NCBI GenBank assembly: GCA_937135955.1
Contig: CAKZOB010000065.1
Location: forward strand, 9,818-73,817
Direction of reading: 5' to 3'
DNA length: 64,000 nucleotides
DNA from: an uncultured Anaerolineales bacterium
GTDB lineage: Bacteria > Chloroflexota > Anaerolineae > Aggregatilineales > Aggregatilineaceae
The translations under genes were made by a program, and so were the position numbers. The notes under the pieces were generated by a model. That model saw only the letters and a list, made by a program, of their open reading frames with translations. It was not told where the DNA came from and ran no database searches. How positions within the stretch are numbered: position 1 is the stretch's first letter; each line of letters begins with the position of its first letter. Of the stretch, positions 58,459-64,000 are shown in pieces.

Positions 58459-59793
58459 CTAGGCCCAGAAGTCCGGCGGCAGCGCCAGACCGCGCTGTGT
58501 CTCCATCGGCGCGAGCGCCCAGGCTCCCCCGCGCCATTCCAGCAGAGGATGCAACCGCAGACCGTCCGCCTCGGACAGCCACTCACCGATCGTCATCAGC
58601 CGCAGCGTGTTTTCCGCGCGCCCCAGCAGCACCACAAACGGCAGATGGCGCAGAATAGCCCCGTTGACCACCTCCGGCTCGATCGCTGGTTCTGCGCGAT
58701 ACAGCATCAGCGTGAGGGCGCTGCGCAGACGATCGGTCCGCGTCGGCGCGCGCATCGTCCACAGGAAATGGGGGGTCTTTTCACTGCTCAGCGCTTCCCA
58801 TAGCGCAGGGGCTTCGTCTGTGCGGGCTTCGTCGAGCACAAGCCAGTCGGGCGCAGTAGCCAGCGCCGCGCGCATGGCGTCAGCAAGATCGCCTGGCGGA
58901 CTCTCCCCCCCAGCAGCACCAGGTACGAAGCGCCGCACATCGGCGGGCAACGGCAGTTCCGCAGCGCGTTCGGCCCAGGCCACACGCGCACCGCCCGCAC
59001 ATAGTTCGCGCACCAGCGCTCCGGCCAGCGTCGTCTTGCCCGCGCCCGCCTCTCCGGCAATGAGCAGGCCATGCCCTGCGCTCAGGATCGCCCGCAGCAG
59101 CAACACCCCTTGCGCAGGCAAGAATGCACCGCGGGCAGCCAGTTCGTCGAGCACAAGGGGCCGCGACGGATGCAGCCGGATCGTGGCGCTGATCAGAGCG
59201 CTGATCGGCGGGCCAACTGCGCTCACCCGCGCCGGACGCCCGCGCAGCAGCGCCCCCGCTTCAATAACCGGCACCGCGTCGCTCAGCGTTTGTCCGGTCG
59301 CTGCCAGCGCGCGCCGTAGCACGTCCGCCAGATGCGCCAGCCCATCGAAGCGTACCGCTGTCAGTTCAAGCGGGCCAGCCCCCCGTCGTACGCGCACCTC
59401 GTCTGGCCCAGTGATGGAAATCTCGGTGACGGTCTCGTCGTCAAGCAGCGCATCGAGCGGCCCGAAGCCGAACAGGTTGTGATAGGCTTTGTCCAGGATC
59501 GCCTGCTTCTCGGCAGGCGAAGGCGTAACCGCCTCCACAGCAAAGACGTATTCGGCCACCTCACGCAGCAGCGCGCGCTGACTCTCTTCGGTATCCAGTT
59601 CGGCCAGGATATCGTCGCGCCCGGCGGTCTCCTCGCGGAACTGACTCTCGACGCGCTCGCGCAACGCTTCCAGAGATATGCTGGGCCGCCCAGAGCGCCC
59701 CGGCAGCAGCGGCGACAGGTGTGGCTCCTCAGGGCGTTTTTCCCCGCTGTTGCCTGTCTCAGCCGGGCGATTGAGTCGGTCGAAAAGTGGCAT
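58459..59793 (-). CDS. Divergent CpaF/VirB11-like secretion-type ATPase
   Basis: CpaF-like N-domain (FGFGPLDALLDDETVTEISITGPDEVRV); Walker A GEAGAGKTT; Walker B WLVLDEA. The usual TGH/His-box region is replaced (SSEKTPHF...TMRAPT). Confidence 0.65.
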   Translation of the reverse strand: MPLFDRLNRPAETGNSGEKRPEEPHLSPLLPGRSGRPSISLEALRERVESQFREETAGRDDILAELDTEESQRALLREVAEYVFAVEAVTPSPAEKQAILDKAYHNLFGFGPLDALLDDETVTEISITGPDEVRVRRGAGPLELTAVRFDGLAHLADVLRRALAATGQTLSDAVPVIEAGALLRGRPARVSAVGPPISALISATIRLHPSRPLVLDELAARGAFLPAQGVLLLRAILSAGHGLLIAGEAGAGKTTLAGALVRELCAGGARVAWAERAAELPLPADVRRFVPGAAGGESPPGDLADAMRAALATAPDWLVLDEARTDEAPALWEALSSEKTPHFLWTMRAPTRTDRLRSALTLMLYRAEPAIEPEVVNGAILRHLPFVVLLGRAENTLRLMTIGEWLSEADGLRLHPLLEWRGGAWALAPMETQRGLALPPDFWA

Positions 59794-59815
59794 GTGCGCT
59801 CTTCCTCACCCAGGA

Positions 59816-60742
59816 TCAACCCTTCTTCCGCTTGCGCTCATCCCGCGCCTGCTGCGCCCGGCGCAGAATCTCGTCTACATCCACCGGATTGGGGTCAACC
59901 GGCGGCGCGGCAGGGCGAATCGAGGCGTCGGCGAGGTCTTCACGGCGCAGCGTCTTACCCAGCGCCCGCGCCCGCCGCTGCATTTCCTCGGCCAGCGCGC
60001 CGCTCTGCTCCAGCTCCCAGTAGAGCACGCTCCAATAGAGCACTTTGCCGCAACGCTCAGCGGCTTCGCGCACTTCGGGAGCTTCATCGCCCAAGAACGC
60101 CGCCGCCAAGTGTGGCAAGGCCCGCGGATTATTGAGCTGCGCCAGTTCCAGGGCGGCCTGTGCGCGCTCTTTGGGCGTGATGGCCGTGCGCAGGCGGCGC
60201 ACCCACACGTCAATCGGCATGTCGGAGGGTTTGGTGGCCGGTGCCCGTCGCACCGGACCGCGCGTTCCCAGCGACGACGAGGCCACGTCCGCGCCCGGCT
60301 GCAACGCGCCGAACATAGCCATCATGCCCAGGCTGGCCCCGCCGAGCAGCGCCCCGCCCACTCCCATAGCAACGGCCATGCCCGCCTTATGCCGCGCCAT
60401 GCGTTCTTTCAACGCCAGCAGGTCGCGATCCAGTTGTTGCTGAAAACGCTCCATCAATTCGGCTTCGGTGGCATTGGGCATGTCTTCCACGGCGCGATCG
60501 ACACCAAAATGACTGCACAGCGCGTCTACCGTCAGGTATCCCGCCTGCCGAGCCTGATGCAGACGCTGCCCGGCCCAGGCCATAGCTCGCCGTACTGCTT
60601 CGTCGCTCTCCGACGGATAGAGCGCGCGTAGCCGGTCGAGCGCCTGCGTCTCTTGCACCATGCCGATCACGCGGACGACATCCAGCCGTACCGCGGCGTC
60701 CGGATGGGACAATCCTTGCACAAGCGTGTCACAGATGGTCAT
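59816..60742 (-). CDS. HEAT-repeat protein with a central hydrophobic segment
   Basis: HPDAAVRLDVVRVIG and NPRALPHLAAAFLGDEAPEVREAA HEAT-like repeats; a Gly/Ala/Met-rich TM-like segment; a basic tail. Confidence 0.6.
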   Translation of the reverse strand: MTICDTLVQGLSHPDAAVRLDVVRVIGMVQETQALDRLRALYPSESDEAVRRAMAWAGQRLHQARQAGYLTVDALCSHFGVDRAVEDMPNATEAELMERFQQQLDRDLLALKERMARHKAGMAVAMGVGGALLGGASLGMMAMFGALQPGADVASSSLGTRGPVRRAPATKPSDMPIDVWVRRLRTAITPKERAQAALELAQLNNPRALPHLAAAFLGDEAPEVREAAERCGKVLYWSVLYWELEQSGALAEEMQRRARALGKTLRREDLADASIRPAAPPVDPNPVDVDEILRRAQQARDERKRKKG

Positions 60743-60984
60743 TCGTCCCTGCTCCGCATCTACCCCTGTGCGGGCTGCATCTATAATGACATAGAGATAT
60801 GCGTGTCTGTAACTATACGCGCGATCGTCCGCTCAGGCCAGCTATGCAGTGCCACATGACACATGGGAGCGATCCATTTGTCACTAAATTCTTGATAGCA
60901 ATCACGGTAAACTACTATTCAGCAATCTCGCCATTCTTCCTTCAACAGATTCCGGAGGTCTCCCACACCAAGGAGGATATTCTT

Positions 60985-62406
60985 ATGGAAGCCCTAGACC
61001 TCGCCCGGCTTCAATTCGCCATCACCACGACCTATCACTTCTTCTTCGTCCCCCTCACCCTTGGCCTGTCCATTCTGGTTGCCATCATGCAAACTATCTG
61101 GTACCGCACTGGCAACCCCGTCTACCGGCAAATGGCTCGCTTCTGGGGCAAGCTCTTCGTCATCAATTTCGCCATGGGGGTGGTGACTGGCATCGTCCAG
61201 GAATTCCAGTTCGGCATGAACTGGTCGGAGTATTCGCGCTTCATGGGCGACATTTTCGGCGCGCCGCTGGCCATCGAAGCGCTGCTGGCCTTCTACCTGG
61301 AATCCACCTTTATCGCGGTGTGGCTCTTCGGGGAAGGCCGCCTATCCAAAGGGATGCATCTGGCCGCTATCTGGCTGGTCGCCATCGGCTCGAACATCTC
61401 CGCTCTGTGGATTCTCATCGCCAACTCTTTCATGCAGCAGCCCGTCGGCTACCGCGAAGTATTGGACGCCAACGGAGCGCTGCTCAAGGTGGAGATGGAC
61501 AACTTCCTGGACGTGGTGACCAACCCCAATGTGCTGGTGCAGTTCCCGCACGTCTTCGCCTCCGGCATCACCACAGCAGCCTTCTTCGTGTTGGGCATCA
61601 GCGCCTGGCACCTGCTGCGCAAGACCGAACATCACGATTTCTTCGCCCGCTCCGCTCGCATGGCGACCGTCTACGGGCTGATCGGTGTCGTGCTGGTGAT
61701 CCTGGTTGGGCATTTGCAGGCGCAGCACATGGTCGAGACGCAGCCCATGAAAATGGCCGCCGCCGAAGGGTTGTTCGAGACCGAAGACCCGGCGTCGTTC
61801 TCCCTGTTGACCATCGGCGACTGGGAGCAGCGCGAGGAAGTGTTCTCCATCCGCATCCCGCGCCTGCTGAGTTTGCTGGCCTATAACCGGCTGGATGGCG
61901 AAGTGAAGGGCATCAATGACTTGCAGGCTGAGTACCAGGCACAATATGCCGATCGCTACGGCCCCGACGCCAACTATCGCCCGCCCATTGCGGCCATCTA
62001 CTGGTCCTTCCGGGCCATGGTCGGCGCGGGTTTCACCATGCTACTGCTCGCTGCGATCGGGTTCTACCTCATCTTGCGCGACCGACTGACCAGCGCGTCA
62101 CGTTTCCTCAAGGTGCTGCCCTTCGCCATCGCCCTGCCCTACATTGCCAATACCGCCGGCTGGCTGATGACCGAACTGGGACGGCAGCCCTGGATCGTCT
62201 TTGGCCTGCAGCGCACCGAGGAAGCCGTCTCGCCCAACGTCACGACGGAGATGGTCGCTTTCTCGCTCATTGCGTTCACGCTCGTCTACGGCGTGCTCAT
62301 GGTTGCTGATGTATATCTGCTGGCCAAGTTTAGCCGTCGCGGCCCCGCTGTTGCCGACGAAGAGGCGTTCGGTGGCGCAACCCCTGCCGCGGCAACTGCG
62401 CGCTAA
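60985..62406 (+). CDS. cydA: Cytochrome bd-type quinol oxidase subunit I
   Basis: ATG at 60985 after AGGAGG. LARLQFAITTTYHFFFVPLT; GWLMTELGRQPW (Q-loop end). Confidence 0.95.
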   Translation: MEALDLARLQFAITTTYHFFFVPLTLGLSILVAIMQTIWYRTGNPVYRQMARFWGKLFVINFAMGVVTGIVQEFQFGMNWSEYSRFMGDIFGAPLAIEALLAFYLESTFIAVWLFGEGRLSKGMHLAAIWLVAIGSNISALWILIANSFMQQPVGYREVLDANGALLKVEMDNFLDVVTNPNVLVQFPHVFASGITTAAFFVLGISAWHLLRKTEHHDFFARSARMATVYGLIGVVLVILVGHLQAQHMVETQPMKMAAAEGLFETEDPASFSLLTIGDWEQREEVFSIRIPRLLSLLAYNRLDGEVKGINDLQAEYQAQYADRYGPDANYRPPIAAIYWSFRAMVGAGFTMLLLAAIGFYLILRDRLTSASRFLKVLPFAIALPYIANTAGWLMTELGRQPWIVFGLQRTEEAVSPNVTTEMVAFSLIAFTLVYGVLMVADVYLLAKFSRRGPAVADEEAFGGATPAAATAR

Positions 62407-62424
62407 GAAAGGGAGAAAGATACC

Positions 62425-63438
62425 ATGGACCTGCCAGACCTGTGGTTTGTGCTGATTTCGATCCTGTTCATCGGCTTCTTCTTCCTGGAAGGGTTCGACT
62501 ACGGGGTCGGTATCTTGCTGCCCTTCCTGGGCAAGGACGACCGCGAGCGCCGCGTTATCGTCAACACCATCGGGCCGGTGTGGGACGCCAACGAAGTCTG
62601 GATGATCACCGCGGGCGGGGCGATCTTCGCCGCCTTCCCGCAGTGGTACGCCACCCTGTTCAGCGGCTTCTATCTGGCTCTGGTGTTGATCCTGCTGGCG
62701 CTGATTGTGCGCGGCGTAGCCTTCGAATTCCGCAGCAAAGATGAAAATCCGCGCTGGCGGCGCACCTGGGACTGGGCTATCTTCTTCGGCAGCGCGGTGC
62801 CCGCCCTGCTCTGGGGCGTGGCCTTCGGCAACCTGGTCGAGGGCACGCCCATTGACGCGCAGATGCACTTCACGGGCAACTTCTTCGACCTGCTCAGCCC
62901 CTACACGTTGATCGCTGGCCTGGCGGGATTCTGCGTCTTCCTGCTGCACGGCGCAGTCTTCCTCAGCCTGAAGACCGATGGCGTCATCCGACAGCGCGCC
63001 GAAGCATTGGCCGAGCGCTTATGGCTGGTGGTGGTCGTAGTGGCGCTGGCGCTGGCCGTCGCCAACTACGCCTACATTGACATCTTCGACGAGATAGGCG
63101 TCAACCCCGGCGTGATGCCGGTTGCGTCGGCGGCGGCTCTCCTGTCGGTCGGTTACTTCCTGCGCCAGAAGCAGTTCGGCTGGGCTTTCGCCTTCACCGG
63201 TCTGACCATCCTGCTCTCTGTCGCTACCTTCTTCTGGTTCCTGTACCCTAACGTCATGGTCTCCAGCACCGACGAAGCCTTCAACCTGACAGTGAACAAC
63301 GCGGCGTCCAGCCAGAAGACCCTGGAGATCATGACCATCGTGGCACTCGTCTTCGTGCCCATCGTGCTGATCTATCAGGGCTGGAGCTACTGGGTGTTCC
63401 GCAAACGGGTGACTGTCGAATCGCGACTGGAGTACTGA
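62425..63438 (+). CDS. cydB: Cytochrome bd-type quinol oxidase subunit II
   Basis: LWFVLISILFIGFFFLEGFDYGVGILLPFLG...GPVWDANEVW. Confidence 0.95.
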   Translation: MDLPDLWFVLISILFIGFFFLEGFDYGVGILLPFLGKDDRERRVIVNTIGPVWDANEVWMITAGGAIFAAFPQWYATLFSGFYLALVLILLALIVRGVAFEFRSKDENPRWRRTWDWAIFFGSAVPALLWGVAFGNLVEGTPIDAQMHFTGNFFDLLSPYTLIAGLAGFCVFLLHGAVFLSLKTDGVIRQRAEALAERLWLVVVVVALALAVANYAYIDIFDEIGVNPGVMPVASAAALLSVGYFLRQKQFGWAFAFTGLTILLSVATFFWFLYPNVMVSSTDEAFNLTVNNAASSQKTLEIMTIVALVFVPIVLIYQGWSYWVFRKRVTVESRLEY

Positions 63439-63464
63439 GCGATCTTCAGGGCATAGACAGTTGG

Positions 63465-63497
63465 GGGAGCACGCCGCCGGTGTGCTCCCTCGTTGTC
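63465..63497 (+). terminator. Terminator-like hairpin after cydB
   Basis: GGGAGCAC / GTGCTCCC 8-bp stem with a 7-nt loop, followed by TCGTTGTCTGG. Confidence 0.5.
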
Positions 63498-63502
63498 TGG
63501 CG

Positions 63503-64000
63503 CTAGGCGGGCAGCAACAAGACAGACCTGAGTTCTTCGAAGGAAGAAATGGTGAAGTCAGGAGGACACGCTGGATCGGGGTCGCCACGAAACAGACAGG
63601 TACTGATCCCCGCCCTGCGTCCTGCAATGACATCGAGTGTGCGATCGCCAATGGCCAGCACCCGTTCACGGGGCAATCGGTGACGCTCAATCAGGGCGTT
63701 GAAACCCGCCGGGTCGGGCTTGCGTGGAAAGCCGTCTTCGACAGTGAGACATTCGACGAATAGTCCCTGCACCCGGTACCATTCTAGCAGGTAGCTGACC
63801 GAATCACGCGAGCGGTGCGTGAACAGAAAGTTTTGCCCACCCGATTTGATGAAACGCTCACACAGGCAGATGACCCCGCTGAACGGCGGCTGATCCTGCG
63901 CGGTCACCTGGCGCTGATAATACATGACCCGCTCTGTCAGGGTCGAGTCCGCCAGACCAAATCGGGCAGAGAGTTCCTGGATGCAGGTAGCCAGCGTGTC
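63503..64000 (-). CDS. HAD-superfamily phosphatase (phosphoglycolate phosphatase-like), N-terminus outside the window
   Basis: The frame is open to the window edge. KPDPAGF and GDRTLDVIAGRRAG motifs. Confidence 0.7.
   Translation of the reverse strand, partial: DTLATCIQELSARFGLADSTLTERVMYYQRQVTAQDQPPFSGVICLCERFIKSGGQNFLFTHRSRDSVSYLLEWYRVQGLFVECLTVEDGFPRKPDPAGFNALIERHRLPRERVLAIGDRTLDVIAGRRAGISTCLFRGDPDPACPPDFTISSFEELRSVLLLPA

Noticed and set aside
60860-60915. Rex operator upstream of cydAB (TTGTCACTAAATTCTTGA; TGATAGCAATCA).
   Set aside because: Only about 9 of 14 half-site positions match TTGTGAA/TTCACAA, and the palindromy is poor. This is much weaker than the sites at the atpA and rex promoters and is not supportable without a PWM scan.
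60799-60984. Upstream in-frame extension of cydA (track ORF starts at 60799).
   Set aside because: The extension is AT-richer and non-conserved in character. The ATG at 60985 is preceded by AGGAGG and begins the canonical CydA N-terminus (MEALDLARLQFAITTTYHF).

Overview
This is a high-GC (about 62-63% by eye) bacterial chromosomal segment. Gene content and protein style (PT/PE-rich linkers, DUF4397/SH3b, DUF11-LPXTG, GxxExxY cassette) suggest an aerobic Chloroflexota-like organism; that assignment is inference only. Most of the window is housekeeping: mnmA, NfeD-flotillin, two 7Fe-type ferredoxin paralogs flanking an orphan TPR histidine kinase, sodA, mreB, atpAGDC without the Fo/delta genes, rex-proC, a polyprenyl synthase, obg, nadD, a P-type ATPase, fabF-fabH, alaS-ruvX-mltG, thymidine phosphorylase, an adenosine kinase-GNAT-ahcY operon, and cydAB. 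No rRNA, tRNA or CRISPR array was seen. Many long antisense ORFs in the track are GC-driven shadows of real genes.

**Best novel-system candidate (33.7-39.1 kb):** a NurA nuclease gene, a stand-alone HAS-barrel-like 200-aa gene, and a HerA-type ATPase gene. The three are separated by a low-GC GxxExxY (PD-(D/E)XK-like) mini-cassette bounded by inverted repeats and by an opposite-strand polytopic membrane-protein gene.

**Other observations:**
- A MITE-like repeat family with three copies, each with terminal inverted repeats and its own ~10-bp direct flanking duplication.
- Two similar Rex-box-like operators that overlap the -10 elements of the atpA and rex promoters.
- A decayed HEPN toxin next to an intact MNT gene.
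- A membrane-anchored baseplate-J-like gene translationally coupled to ruvX.
- A divergent orphan CpaF-like ATPase paired with a HEAT/TM protein.
- A phased cluster of DnaA-box-like repeats upstream of alaS.

All functional calls rest on motif recognition by eye. No database search was possible.
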